Part shown: in pieces, positions 15,214-29,228 of the stretch
How positions within the stretch are numbered: the stretch's first letter is position 1
Layout of the letters: every line of letters begins with the position of its first letter
NCBI GenBank assembly: GCA_964016885.1
Contig: OZ024743.1
Location: 274,660,001 to 274,724,000 of the forward strand
Direction of reading: 5' to 3'
Length of the DNA stretch: 64,000 nucleotides
Origin: Eledone cirrhosa
Taxonomy: Eukaryota
Translations under genes and position numbers: made by a program
The notes under the pieces: generated by a model
Seen by the model: the letters and a program-made list of their open reading frames with translations, nothing else
Told to the model about the DNA's origin: nothing
The model's database searches: none

Positions 15214-15442
15214 CTTTATGGTATCATGCAACCTGCTAGAAATAGTAGCCAAATCGCCATCAACTTACACTGTAATACACTCCAATTACCTTTTAAATAA
15301 ACTGATAATGTTACCGTACAAATACTATATCTGAAAAAAGGCGAGCACTAATGTCATTTATCATAGGTTTCCTCGATCAAGGCTGATCAAAGCCTAAACA
15401 GTAAACACAAAAGCATTGACATTTGAAGGCGAGCGTCTATGT

Positions 15443-15803
15443 CAGAGGTTCACAAAGTGGGTGCTACCGCCCCCGGGGGGATGCTGAGAACATCCAAGGG
15501 GCGCTGGGGCCTGAGGAGGCGGTAGAGATGATATAATAGTATATTAGATATCAAATGATACATATTATATATAATATGATACATATTATATATATATTAT
15601 ATATATTATAACAGTAATAAATATATAATATATATTTATACATAGTATATATGTTATTTATTATGTATAAATTGATGATTTTATTTATTATATATTATTT
15701 ACAATATGCGTGTAGGGAGGTCTCTCTGGAAATATGGGCGGAGCGCTGAGGGTATTACGCTGCCGTGAGGGGGTCGGTGACATAAAAAGTTTGAGAATCT
15801 CTA
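15443..15803. mobile_element. hAT (Charlie-like) MITE
   Basis: Imperfect TIRs cagaggttcacaaa / tttgagaatctcta; 8-bp TSD gtctatgt (15435-42, 15804-11). Confidence 0.82.
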
Positions 15804-16190
15804 GTCTATGTGATCATTCAGACAGCTTAAAACGCACACAAATTAATTCCCTTCAAATTACGCATACTACTCATTTAAAAATAAAGAAAACCCACTAAAT
15901 AATATAGTCTTAGATAAACTATAGCAGAAATCATTATGAAATAGTTACAAAGGTATCATATGACATCTCGACCATAGTTGACTAAACTTCAGTAATCTAT
16001 CTGTATGTATGTATGTATGTATGTATGTATGTATGTATGTATGTATGTATGTATGTATGTATGTATGTATGTATGTATGTATGTATGTATGTATGTGGGT
16101 GTGTATGTATGTATGTATGTGGGTGTGTATGTATGTATGTATTTATGTGTGTATGTATGTATGTGTGTGTATGTATGTGTATATATATAT

Positions 16191-16223
<33 letters not shown>

Positions 16224-17414
16224 CAGAGAGAGAGAAAGGGATGGGAAGGACTAGAAATAAAGAAAAAAATCACATATGTGCATACATATAAACACAATAT
16301 TTGCATATCCAGTAGTTCATAAACACATTTAAAAATTACATGTTGGAATGCATGTTTAGACAGACAGGCATGTATATACATACGCACATACATACATAGA
16401 TACATACGTCATACATATATACATACGCACATACACTTACACACATACGCATGGATATATGCACTTATATACAAACTCTTACACCTGTTATTAACAACAT
16501 TCGCGCAGTGAATGTCGTAATTCCTGCGCCATAAAGAATTTTTCCTTTATAATAACCAATAATCTTAGGCAAACTGTGATGAATGATGAATGAGGTGAAT
16601 GTGAGACTAAGAATCTCTAAAGAAGTCTGTTAAACTCTTCGACTCCTCTTCCTCCTTCACCTGCTTCTCCTCCTCCTCCTCCTCCTCATCATCATCATCA
16701 TCATCATCATCATGATTCACCTCCTCCACGTACCCCTCTTCCTCTACCTCGTTTCCTACACCGACCATCTTGCCCACCTTACCAGCCCATCTTCCGCTAG
16801 ACAAGATTTTTCAATCCATGAATGAAAAGATATGAGTGTGCTGAGTGTGTGTGTAATATTGTGAATATGGCGGTGGTGGAGGGGGGGGGGAGAACTGAAG
16901 AGAATAGAAGGGATAGGAAATTAATTCCATATTCCAAACAGCATTTGTGTGTGTGTGTGTGTGTGTATGTTTGTGTAAATGTGTATGTGTTTGTGTAAGT
17001 GTATATGTGTGTGTGTAATGTTTGTGTGAATGTGTGTGTATGTTTGTATGAATGAATGTGTGTGTTTGTGGGAATGTGTGGGTATATTTGTATGAATCAA
17101 TGTGTGTGCTTGTCTGAATGTGTGTGTATGTTTGTATGAATGTGTGAGTGTGTTTCTGTGAATATGTGTATGTGTTTCTTTGAATGTGTGTGTGTTTCTG
17201 TGAATGTGTGTGTGTGTGTGTGTTTCTGTGAATGTGTGTGTGCGTGTGCTTTTGTGTATGTGTGTGTGTTTGTGTGAATGTGGGTGTTTATGTGAAGATG
17301 TGTTTGTGTGAACATGATGTGTGCGCGTGTATTTATGTGAGTGAGTGAGTGTGTGTGTATGTTTGTGTGAATGAGTATGTGTGAGTGTCATCGTGCGTGT
17401 GTTTGTCTGACTGA

Positions 17415-17452
<38 letters not shown>

Positions 17453-17757
17453 CTTCGTGCAAGTGTGTGTCAGCGTGGAAGTGTGAGTGTATGTTTGTGC
17501 GAATGAGTATGTGTGAGTGTCAGTGTGCGTGTGTTTGTGTGAGTGAGTGTCCGTATGTGTGTGAGTGTGTCAGTGTGTGTGTGTCAGTGTGTAAGTGTGT
17601 GTGTGTCAGAGTGGCACATGTGAAGGTGATTGTGAGGGGAACTAAGAGAGAGACACCATTGCATAATAGCATCGATTACAGAATATCTAGTAATAATTTA
17701 GTGGAGACAACAACGACTTCTAAATGACAACACAAAGTCATTCCTCTTGACAGAAGA

Positions 17758-19033
17758 AAAACAACAAACACAACAAATACAACAAACAACAAATACAACA
17801 AAATCAACAAGCAACAAATACTACAAATACAACAAACACAACAAACAACAAATACAACAAACAACAAATACTACAAATACAACAAACACAACAAACAACA
17901 AATACAACAAACAACAAATACTACAAACAACAAATACAACAAACACAACAAACAACAAATACAATAAACAACAAATACAACGAATACAACAAACAACAAA
18001 TACAACAAATACAACAAATACAACAAATACAACAAACAACAAACACAACAAATACAACAGACAACAAATACAACAAATACAACAAATACAACAAACAACA
18101 AACACAACAGACAACAAATACAACAAATACAACAAATACAACAAACAACAAACACACCAAATACAACAGACAACAAATACAACAAATACAACAAATACAA
18201 CAAACAACAAATACAACAAATACAACAAACAACAAACACAACAAATACAACAAACAACAAACACAACAAACACAACAAATACAACAAATACAACAAACAA
18301 CAAATACAACAAACAACAAACACAACAAACAACAAACACAACAAATACAACAAATACAACAAATACAACAAATACAACAAACAACAAATACAACAAATAC
18401 AACAAACAACAAACACAACAAATACAACAAACAACAAACACAACAAACACAACAAATACAACAAATACAACAAACAACAAATACAACAAACAACAAACAC
18501 AACAAACAACAAACACAACAAATACAACAAATACAACAAATACAACAAATACAACAAACAACAAATACAACAAATACAACAAACAACAAACACAACAAAT
18601 ACAACAAACAACAAACACAACAAACACAACAAATACAACAAACACAACAAACAACAAACACAACAAATACAACAGACAACAAATACAACAAATACAACAA
18701 ATACAACAAACAACAAACACAACAAATACAACAGACAACAAATACAACAAATACAACAAATACAACAAATACAACAAATACAACAAACAACAAACACAAC
18801 AAATACAACAAATACAACAAACAACAAACACAACAAACACAACAAATACAACAAATACAACAAATACAACAAACAACAAATACAACAAATACAACAAACA
18901 ACAAACACAACAAACAACAAACACAACAAATACAACAAATACAACAAATACAATAAATACAACAAACAACAAACAACAAACACAACAAACACAACAAACA
19001 CAACAAACAACAAATACAACAAACACAACAAAC
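17758..19033. repeat. Minisatellite of ACAACAAAT / ACAACAAAC / ACAACAA units
   Basis: Visible 7- and 9-nt units with higher-order blocks. Confidence 0.95.
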
Positions 19034-19189
19034 ATATGTACGACACTGCTTTGGTTTTGTTTTGGGATTTTGTTGCTGTTGTTGTATGTGGGGGGGGGGG
19101 GTAATTTAGTTTATATATTTTAGTATTTGTGTTTATTTTTTGTTGTTTTTTTCTTTATTTCTTAGCTAAATATAACATTATCACTGCCG

Positions 19190-19488
19190 CTGCTGCTGCT
19201 GCTACTACTACTACTGCTGCTCCTGCTACTACTACTGTTGCTGCTCTACTACTACTGCTGCTGTTGCTACTACTGTTGCTGATACTACTACTACTACTGC
19301 TACTACTGCTGCTACTACTACTAGTATTACTACTGCTACTACTACTATTACTACTACTACTGCTGCTGCTGCTACTACTACTACTGCTGTTGCTGCTGCT
19401 ACTACTACTGCTGTTGCTGCTGCTGCTACTACTACTGCTGCTGTTGCTACTACTACTACTGCTACTACTACTGCTACTACTACTGCTG

Positions 19489-19532
<44 letters not shown>

Positions 19533-19695
19533 GCTGCTCTGCTGCTGCTGCTACTACTGCGAATACTACTTCTATTCTCGCCGCCACCAACACTACTACT
19601 ACTACTACTACTCTTGCTACTACTGCTGCTACTACTGCCAATACTACTTCTATTCTCGCCACCACCAACACTGCTACTACTACTATTACTACTGC
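19190..19695. repeat. (CTA/CTG)n trinucleotide tract
   Basis: Direct reading. Confidence 0.9.
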
Positions 19696-20089
19696 AGCCA
19701 CCCTCTACATTATGAGGTTCAAACCCCACTGAAATCAACTTTGCTTTTCATCCTTTTTTTTTTAGCCTTAACTTCTGGTGGAATCATGGGAGTGCTGTCC
19801 TTACGGCGTGACTAGGGTTTGTAAACCAAGTGGACCCCTTTCTTCTTCATGTCCGTACACAGTCGATTTATAATTAAAAAAAAAGGGAGATAGAGAAAAT
19901 AAGAAAGAGATATAGAAGAAGAATGAACACCAATACTGAACCCGTACTTTATTTATCGACTTCGAAAGAAAGGCTAAGTTGGCTTCAATGTGATTTGAAC
20001 TCAGAACACAGGGGGTCGGATCAAACGCTAAAAACATTTCTATGCGACGTTCTATTGACCCTTTCGTGGCTCAATATAATCGACTGTGT

Positions 20090-20412
20090 AAAGGCGCGTG
20101 GCTTTGTCGTTAGGGAATTCGGCTCACAATCGTAAGGTCGTGTGTTCGATTCCCTGCGGCGCGCTGTGTCTTTGGACAAGGCACTTTATTTAACGTAGCT
20201 CCAGTCCACTCAGTTGTCAAAAGTGAGTTGTACCTGTAATTTGAAGGGCCAGCCTTGTCACATTTTGTGTCACGCTGAATCTCCCTGAGAACTACGTTAA
20301 AGGTACGCGTATTTGTGAAATTCCCAGCCACTGGAACGTTAATTTTTACGGGCAGGCTGTTCTGTTGATCATATCACCAGGAATACTCGTCGTCGTAACC
20401 GACGGAATGCCA
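20090..20412 (+). mobile_element. tRNA-derived SINE family 2, representative full copy
   Basis: ggcgcgtggctttgtcgttagg..gttcgattcc..tgtgtctttggacaaggcacttta..tcacgctgaatctccctgagaactacg. Partial copies at ~3970-4135(-), 7075-7210(-), 14593-14850(+), 30615-30780(+), 51001-51092(+). Confidence 0.8.
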
Positions 20413-20805
20413 CTACATAATCGACTACCCACTTCAATCGAATTTGTAGCTTTTTACCTGTGCTAAACAAAATTATTTTCTTTCCATAACCTACCTATTG
20501 TCTGCTTAAACATTTGTGTTCCAAAAGTCAGTCGTAGTAGTAATCGATCATCGATCATGTGTTGATACTGCTCACATCGAAGTCCGGACCGAATATGTGA
20601 AAGTCACTCAGGTGTCGGTGCCATAACTTCCACTTAGTAAGTATGTACATTCTCACATGTTTTGTAACAGATTTTGAATGCCACGCTTTGTATGCCACGT
20701 TTTATATAGTGTGTGAAGATTACTAATCATATAGTCGATAAAATAAAGAACTAATAAAATACTGGGGAGAACGATCAACAAGATCCGACCTCTTCATTTA
20801 CAGAG

Positions 20806-20993
20806 TAATAATAATTGTTTCTACTTTAGGCACAAGGCCAGCAATTACTCAGTGCATTACTGGTACTTTATTTTATCGACCCCGTAAGGATGAAAGGTAA
20901 AGTCAACCTCGGCGGGATTTGAATTCAGATCGTAAAGGGACGTAACTATGCTGGAAAGCATAGCGTCCGACCCTCTACCGATACTGCCAATCC
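20806..20993 (-). mobile_element. SINE family 1 copy
   Basis: Homologous to 36078-36272. Confidence 0.85.
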
Positions 20994-21009
20994 ACATAAT
21001 AAAGAATGA

Positions 21010-21640
21010 TAATAATGAAATTATTGTGTAAAGTGCTCAGCTGCACTACAACTCGTCAAAGGTGCATGTATAGTACATAGAATAATATACAAATGTCAGG
21101 GAAGTGAATAGTGTATGAGTCATGATATACATGTGTGTATGTGTATGGAGGGGGAACATCAGGTGTAGTGTTGGCGAATCTCGGGAAGCATGGAGGTTTT
21201 AAAGGATGCAGTGTCTCGACAGCTAACAACTGATGCAGGTAGTTTGTTCCATGCTTCAGCAACTCTGAGTGTAAAAAAATGTTTCCGAAAGTCATGGGAA
21301 CTGGGCTGTTTTCTGACTTTGTGGGCATGTCCACGTGTGTTAGACACATGGAAATCAAAAAGGTACTCAGGGTTGTTGTTGGCAAGATGGTTAACAATTT
21401 TGTGGGTGTTTACCAAGTCAGTTGCCAGGCGTCGGAGCTTCAATGTATCCATGCCCAGGGAAGCAAAGCGTTCACAGTATGGTAGATGCCTGGTGGAGGG
21501 TATTCGCTTGGTTGCACGTCTCTGAACAAGATAGGGGTTCCAGACTGGTAATGCAAATTCTAAGTGTGGCCGCACCATAGACATGTACAGCCTTAAATAG
21601 ATGGCTGGAGAGCGGCTGACAAAGGTCTTGCTGAGTGATG
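21010..21640 (-). mobile_element. CR1-type LINE 3' fragment (RT C-terminus and 3' UTR)
   Basis: VRPHLEFALPVWNPY..VQRRATKRI..LKLRRL..DL..NTRGH..FFTLRVAEAWNKLP. Confidence 0.85.
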
Positions 21641-21940
21641 GAACTCATCAAATCGAACCAACAAAACAATGTTTCAATTGGTTTTTCCATTGCTAATACT
21701 ATCTAACGGTCGCAACTTCTGGCAGAAAGAGGAACTAAATAAAGTGAAATAAAGTATCTTGCTCTATGTCATTACAGATCACCCGGTCCTGAGATCGAGC
21801 ATGCAACCTCATGATTGCGAATCCAATTATCTAACCACTGAGACACGTGCCATCGCTACGGTTGATTTAATTGGCTTCCCCTCCCCAGAAATTGTTCTTC
21901 TTGTGCCTAAATCCTCATCATCATCAACAAAGCTGCAGCT

Positions 21941-21997
<57 letters not shown>

Positions 21998-22508
21998 TTT
22001 TCAGTAATAAAAGCAGTGTCATAACTAATCTTCATTCATCGTCATCATCATCATTATCATCACCACCATCATCATCATCACCATGACCATCATCCTTATC
22101 ATCATCATCATTATCATCATGAACAGCAACATCATCATCCGCTCCATCACCATCATCACCTTCTTGTCCACCACCATCAACATCTCCTCCAACTCCTCTT
22201 CGTTATAATTATCATCTCCTCCACCTCCACCACCAGCAACATAATCATCATCTTAATCACCATCATTATCATCATCAGCAACACCTTCATTATCCTCGTC
22301 ATCATCATCATCATCGACAACATTATTCTCATCCTCATCACAATCATCGTTATTATAAAATACAATAGATAATTATCTAAAATGATCGATATTAACCCAT
22401 CCCTGCCCCCCCCCCCCTGCTCTGCAGAGATACACCCACCCCTCCCCCACTCGCTTCCTTATTAATTATATATTTATTGCCCATAAATTCTCCATTCCTG
22501 TTTCTATT

Positions 22509-24500
22509 AGGTGGCGGTGTTAGTGACTGTGGTGGTGGTGGTGGTGGTGCTGGTGCTGGTGGTGGGACTGATGGTGGCGGTGGTGGTGTTAGTGACTGTC
22601 GTGGTGGTGGTGGTGGTGGTGATGGTGATGGTGGGACTGATGGCGGCGGTGGTGGTGTTAGTGACTGTGGTGGTGGTGGTGGTGCTGGTGCTGGTGGTGG
22701 GACTGATGGTGGCGGTGGTGGTGTTAGTGACTGTCGTGGTGGTGGTGGTGGTGGTGGTGATGGTGATGGTGGTGGTTGTGATGGTGGTGGTGGTGGTGAT
22801 GGTGGTGGTGGTGGTCGTGGTGGTAGTGGTGGTGGGACTGATGGCAACGGTGGTGGTGTTAGTGACTGACGTGGTGGTGGTGGTGGTGGTGATGGTGGTG
22901 GTGGTCGTGGTGGTAGTGGTGGTGGTGGTGGTGGTGGGACTGATGGCAACGGTGGTGGTGTTAATGACTGACGTGGTGGTGGTGGTGGTGGTGTTAGTGG
23001 CTGTCGTAGTCGTGGTGGTGGGACTGATGGTGGCGGTGGTGGTGTCAGTGACTGTCGTGGTGGTGGTGGTGGTGGTGTTAGTGGCTGTCGTGGTCGTGGT
23101 GTTGGGACTGATGGTGGCGGTGGTGGTGTCAGTGACTGTCGTGGTGGTGGTGGTGGTGGTGTTAGTGGCTGTCGTGGTGGTGGTGGTGGTGGTGTTATTG
23201 GCTGTCGTAGTCGTGGTGGTGGGACTGATGGTGGCGGTGGTGGTGTTAGTGGCTGTCGTGGTGGTGGTGGTGGTGGTGGTGTTAGTGGCTGTCGTAGTCG
23301 TGGTGGTGGGACTGATGGTGGCGGTGGTGGTGTCAGTGACTGTCGTGGTGGTGGTGGTGGTGGTCTTAGTGGCTGTCGTAGTCGTGGTGGTGGGACTGAT
23401 GGTGGCGGTGGTGGTGTCAGTGACTGTCGTGATGGTGGCGGTGGTGGTGTCAGTGACTGTCGTGGTGGTGGTGGTGGTGGTGTTAGTGGCTGTCGTAGTC
23501 GTGGTGGTGAGACTGATGGCGGCGGTGGTGGTGTCAGTGACTGTCGTGGTGGTGGTGGTGGTGGTGTTAGTGGCTGTCGTGGTGGTGGTGGTGGTGGTGT
23601 TAGTGGCTGTCGTAGTCGTGGTGTTGGGACTGATGGTAGCGGTGGTGGTGTCAGTGACTGTCGTGGTGGTGGCGGTGGTGGTGTCAGTGACTGTCGTGGT
23701 GGTGGTGGTGGTGGTGTTAGTGGCTGTCGTAGTCGTGGTGGTGAGACTGATGGTGGCGGTGGTGGTGTCAGTGACTGTCGTGGTGGTGGTGGCGGCGGTG
23801 TTAGTGGCTGTCGTAGTCGTGGTGTTGGGACTGATGGTAGCGGTGGTGGTGTCAGTGACTGTCGTGGTGGTGGTGGTGGTGGTGTTAGTGGCTGTCGTGG
23901 TGGTGGTGGTGGTGGTGGTGTTAGTGGCTGTCGTGGTGGTGGTGGTGGTGGTGTTAGTGGCTGCCGTAGTCGTAGAGGTGGGGCCGATGGCGGCGGTGGT
24001 GGTATCAGTGACTGTCATGGTGGTGGCGGTGTTAGTGACTATCGTGGTGGTGATGGTTATGTGGGCGCTGGTGGTGGTGGTGTTGGTGGTGGGACTGGTG
24101 GCGGCGGTGACGGTTGTGGTGGTGATAAGCATTGTTGTGGTAGCGGTTGCGGTTATGGTGGTTGTTGTGGTAGTGGCGGTGTTGGCGATGGCAGCGGCGG
24201 TGATGTTGGGATCGATGGCGGCGGCAGTGGTGGCGGTCCCGACTGATGGGGGGCGGTGGGACGTGATAGTGGTGGTGGGCACTGCGTTGGTAGGTGTTGT
24301 GGTTGTGGTAGTGGCGGTGTTGGTGATGATGGTTTTCACAGCGGTGGTAGTCGTGGGAATGGTTTGCCATGGGGATGACGGTGGTGGTTCTGCTATCGCT
24401 ATTGATGATGATGATGGTGATAATGATAATGGTGATGATAATGATGGTGGTGGTGTTGGTAGTAGTGGTGGTGGTGGTGGTGGTGGCGGCGGTGATTAGA
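22509..24500. repeat. (GGT)n-based composite minisatellite
   Basis: GGT runs interleaved with gggactgatgg, gtcagtgactgtc and gttagtggctgtc modules. Confidence 0.92.
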
Positions 24501-24611
24501 TGAGTTCAGGGATTCTCCTTCAAGGTTAATTTTGTAATTACAGCGAAAAATATTCTCGTTTTTTTTTCCTCCATTTTGATTATTTGTTTATTTGTAGTTT
24601 GTTTATATCGT

Positions 24612-24681
<70 letters not shown>

Positions 24682-25279
24682 TGTGTGTGTACACGTGTGT
24701 GTATGTGTGTGTGTACACGTGTGTGTATGTGTGTATGTATGTGTTTTATTTTTTGTAAATTTTATTCTCATTTTGTTATATTTGATTGTTGTTATAATGG
24801 TGAATGTGGTGGTGATGGTGGCGACGTTTTTATGGTGTATGTTGTTGTTGGTGGTGGTGTAGCCTTCTTTGTGGTGTGTGTGGTGGTGGCGACGTTCTTT
24901 ATGGTGTGCGTGTGGTGGTGGTAGTCGTTGTGGTGGTAGTGGTGGTGGTGGTGATGGTTGGTGGTGGCGACGATTTTATGGAGTATATAATGGTGTGGTG
25001 GTGGTGGTGGTGTCGACGATTTTATGGAGTATATCATGGTGGGGGGGGGTAGTGATATTAAATTGTTTGTTTTGTCTTTTTTTGTTATAGTTTTGTTTAT
25101 TGATAGGCTGGCGGGCTAACCAGATAGTTGGTTGGTTTATTTCAATGTCGTCTGCTGTTTGTCTGTCTGTGTATCTGGAGAGGGAGTGAGGGAGGGGGAG
25201 AATAGATTTCATAATTTATATAAATTCCATATTAATTCGGTGAAATGAGTGTGAGAACATTAGCATCTACATTGCCAAA

Positions 25280-25654
25280 TTCATCATCATCATCATTATC
25301 TTCATTATCTTCATTATCTTCATTATCTTCATTATCTTCATTATCATCATGAAGTTCATCAACATCATCATCATTATTATCATCATTCTCGTCATTATCA
25401 TCATCATCATTATCATCATCATCATCACCATCATCATCACTAGCATCGCTCTCCTCATCATCATCATCATCGCCCACATCCTCCTCATCATCATCATCAT
25501 CGCCCACATCCTCCACCTCCTCATCAACATCATTATCATCATCGCCCTCATCATCATCATCATCATCATCATCATTACCATCAACATCATTATAATTATC
25601 ATCATTATCCTCATTAACATAATCATCATCAGCAGCCACAACATCAATATCGTT

Positions 25655-25688
<34 letters not shown>

Positions 25689-25705
25689 ACACCATAATCA
25701 TCTTC
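25280..25705. repeat. (CAT)n trinucleotide tract
   Basis: Direct reading. Confidence 0.9.
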
Positions 25706-26029
25706 AAAGAATGGCATTAATTAGAGTTTTTGATTTGTTTTGTTTTAGTTTTGTTTTTTTGCGCTAGTCTCCTAAATGCGGTCGTCTGCGGTGTGAGGAT
25801 ATGTAGACTGGTTTACCTTCGTCTACTATTCCAGCAATATCAAGTCCCACCGAACTTAACTTTGCCTTTCATCCTTACGGGGCCGATAAAATAAAGTACC
25901 AGTAATGCACTAGAATATTGCTGGCCTTGTGCCAAAAGTAGAAACAATATATGTGTGTGTGTGTGTGTGATGGTATTAAGTTAGACATGGCCTGGGCCAA
26001 TACTGGCCGAAGCCTATCAAAGTTATCAG

Positions 26030-26074
<45 letters not shown>

Positions 26075-26104
26075 TGTGTGTGTGTGTGTGTGTATTATAT
26101 ATAC

Positions 26105-26135
<31 letters not shown>

Positions 26136-26159
26136 CATATATATATATGTATATATATA

Positions 26160-26363
26160 TAACGAAGGAAATGTGGTAATGAACCAGATGGACCATAACG
26201 CACCAAAGTACTCAATATTAGTGTAGTAGAGTGGGTAATAGGAAAAGGAATGACCCCGACGGCAGAGCTCAAGCCGTTTCGACGGCTATTTCTGGACTGA
26301 AATAGTCCAGAAATAGCTGTCGAAACGGCATGATATCTGCCGTCGGGGTCATACCTTTTCCTA
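26160..26363. mobile_element. Family B fold-back copy
   Basis: Palindrome centred on gacggctatttctggact-gaaat-agtccagaaatagctgtc; same tail as other copies. Confidence 0.7.
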
Positions 26364-26832
26364 AGGTTGGCAGATCACTGATGAAGGACTAAATTTATTC
26401 ATATGTAACCCATTTGCAACCACGCAGCACGCCATGTTTTCATATTCATATATATATATCTATATATATATATATATATATAGGTATACATTGTATACAT
26501 GCATCCATATAAAGCTATATAAGACATTCAAGGTTTCCATAAAAACAACAAGATGAAGAGATCAAGCTGAAACTTCGAAATCATTGCCACATTTCTATTT
26601 AGAAAATACATTTTTACACTACTCTCCAGTATTGAGTGCTCACTCAGTTAACCTTTGCTTTAAATACTGTGAGGGGGCGGGTGACTGGTTTCTGCACAGT
26701 GTCTGCCTATCAAATTCTACTTACAAGGCATTGGTCAACTTCTGGTTTAAGTCATAGAATTCTGTTTGAAATGTCAAACAATGGCACTGAACCCAAGTTA
26801 GTAGTAGTAGTAGTAGTAGTAGTAGCAGTAGC

Positions 26833-26869
<37 letters not shown>

Positions 26870-27572
26870 ATGGTTGTGGTGGTGGTGGTGACGGCGGCGG
26901 CGGCGGTTGTGCTGTTAGAGTTAGGAAATGGATATAGCGAAGTATTTAAACCTGTGAAAAAATGCACTTGCTGTCATTCTTTTTTTGTTTTTCTATTTGC
27001 TGGCCAATATCTCAGAGCCTCGGGCTGGGGTCGAACCAGTGCATTAAAATACAGATGTTTGATAAAATGATCGAGCTAAGAAAAATAAGACAAAGAGTTT
27101 GTTCAGGACAAAAACACAGATGAGATTGCAAAAGGTGCACCTAATGACCCCTTTATGAAGATTTCTTCTAAACTTGGGTACACTTTGCTTTATCCTCGCG
27201 TGTATGTGTGTACGTATGTTTATACACACATTATGTATATGTATGTAAGTGTGTGTATGCATATATATATATATATGTATGTTCGTATGTACATATATAT
27301 GTATGTATTTTATGTATGTGTATATGTATGTGTATATGTATGCATATATATATGTGTGCATGTATGTATATTTGTATGTACAACTATCTTTATATCGTTA
27401 GCACTTATCTAAGATTGCTCCCAGCAAAAAAGAAAAAACTAGGTATGTTAACGAAGCTATCTTCAATTTGATATATACATAGATACATCCATGTATATAT
27501 TTATATATATATATATATATATATAATTTTATATATATATAGATATTAATATATATATAATTTATATATAAT

Positions 27573-27604
<32 letters not shown>

Positions 27605-27811
27605 CTCTACTCATTGGTAATGGGAATTATTCTATCATGCAAAACGAATGAATTAGCAAGAAAGCTCAATAAAAATGAAATATAACAGGTTTATGGCGAA
27701 AATTAGCTAAAACGCGTGTCGACAGTTTAAAAAATGCCATCTAGCATAGAAATAAGATATTTATCGTCATTGCAGCTTAATATGCGATAGATATCATATT
27801 TACACGTAACT

Positions 27812-28031
<220 letters not shown>

Positions 28032-28054
28032 GTTATTATATATATATATATACA

Positions 28055-28104
<50 letters not shown>

Positions 28105-28170
28105 ACATACATATATATATATATATACATACATATATATATATATACATACATATATATATATATATAT

Positions 28171-28209
<39 letters not shown>

Positions 28210-28210
<1 letters not shown>

Positions 28211-28399
28211 GTTATTCCGAGTTAAATCGGAGGTAACCACAGTAAGTAAGGTACTCAATACATTGCAGAGTATAAAAGTTTTAATATAGATGAGTTTCTA
28301 CAGGACTAAAACTGTTTCATTCTTTAGAAATCATCAGGAATTCTGATGATTTCTAAAGAATGAAACAGTTCTAGTCCTGTAGAATCTCATCTATATTAA

Positions 28400-28402
<3 letters not shown>
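28210..28402. mobile_element. Family A fold-back element in (TA)n with two inverted type I hammerheads
   Basis: CTGATGA-tttc taaa gaat-GAAA-cag tt(c/t)tagtc ctg-TA^gaa on both strands; palindrome 28278-28402. Confidence 0.8.
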
Positions 28403-28471
<69 letters not shown>

Positions 28472-28776
28472 TATATTATATATATATATATTTATATATA
28501 TATTATATATATATATATTATATATATATTATCCAGCATAGTTACGTGCCTTTACGATCTGAGTTCAAATCCCGCCGAGGTTGACTTTGCCTTTCATCCT
28601 TACGGGGTCTATAAAATAAAGTACCAGTAATGCACTGGGTTATTGCTGGCCTTGTGCCTAAAGTAGAAACAATTATATATATATTATGACTTGAAGGCGG
28701 CCGACCTGACTAGAAATTGGTAAATGTGTGGCCGCCTTCTTGTCTCTGCCTTTTCAGCCCATGGATTATATTTCGA

Positions 28777-28834
28777 ATACCTGATGATGCCACCGGATTC
28801 ATACTGAACCCGGTCATTGAAATGTTCATAGTAT
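28777..28834 (+). ncRNA. Putative type I hammerhead ribozyme
   Basis: atac-CTGATGA-tgcc accgg attca tac tgaac ccggt catt-GAAA-tgttca-TA^gtat, followed by aataaa. Confidence 0.65.
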
Positions 28835-29050
28835 AATAAACCTTTAAGGAATTACACCAGTCCAGCCTTCTGTTATTTTATAATAATTAACTCCGTACTC
28901 GCACCACCAACAACACAAACGAAGACGAGTGAGTTGCATTAAGTCGAGTGCTATCCCTAATATTACATCGAGGTTGACCATATGGAATGACCAGTTCTAT
29001 CCTGTGCTGAACCAACAAACCTAAATGTATATATATATATATATATATAT

Positions 29051-29119
<69 letters not shown>

Positions 29120-29124
<5 letters not shown>

Positions 29125-29228
29125 GCTGAGTGACGCTAAGACACCCTCAGCCCTCTTGATAATTTTAGAGACGTGCTTCGTCCAACGCAAATCGCTGCTG
29201 ACCGTAATGCCCAGGTCACGTTGGTTTT
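29120..29228 (-). mobile_element. CR1-type RT fragment
   Basis: QRDLGITVSSDLRWTKHVSKIIKRAEGVL. Confidence 0.65.

Noticed and set aside
17747-19123. 458-aa Q/T/N/K-rich ORF and the antisense C/V/L-rich ORFs
   Set aside because: They come from a stop-poor ACAACAAAT minisatellite that is open in several frames, with no domain.
25232-25717. Asp-rich acidic protein ORF
   Set aside because: It is a (GAT)n tract open in multiple frames, with no other evidence of a gene.
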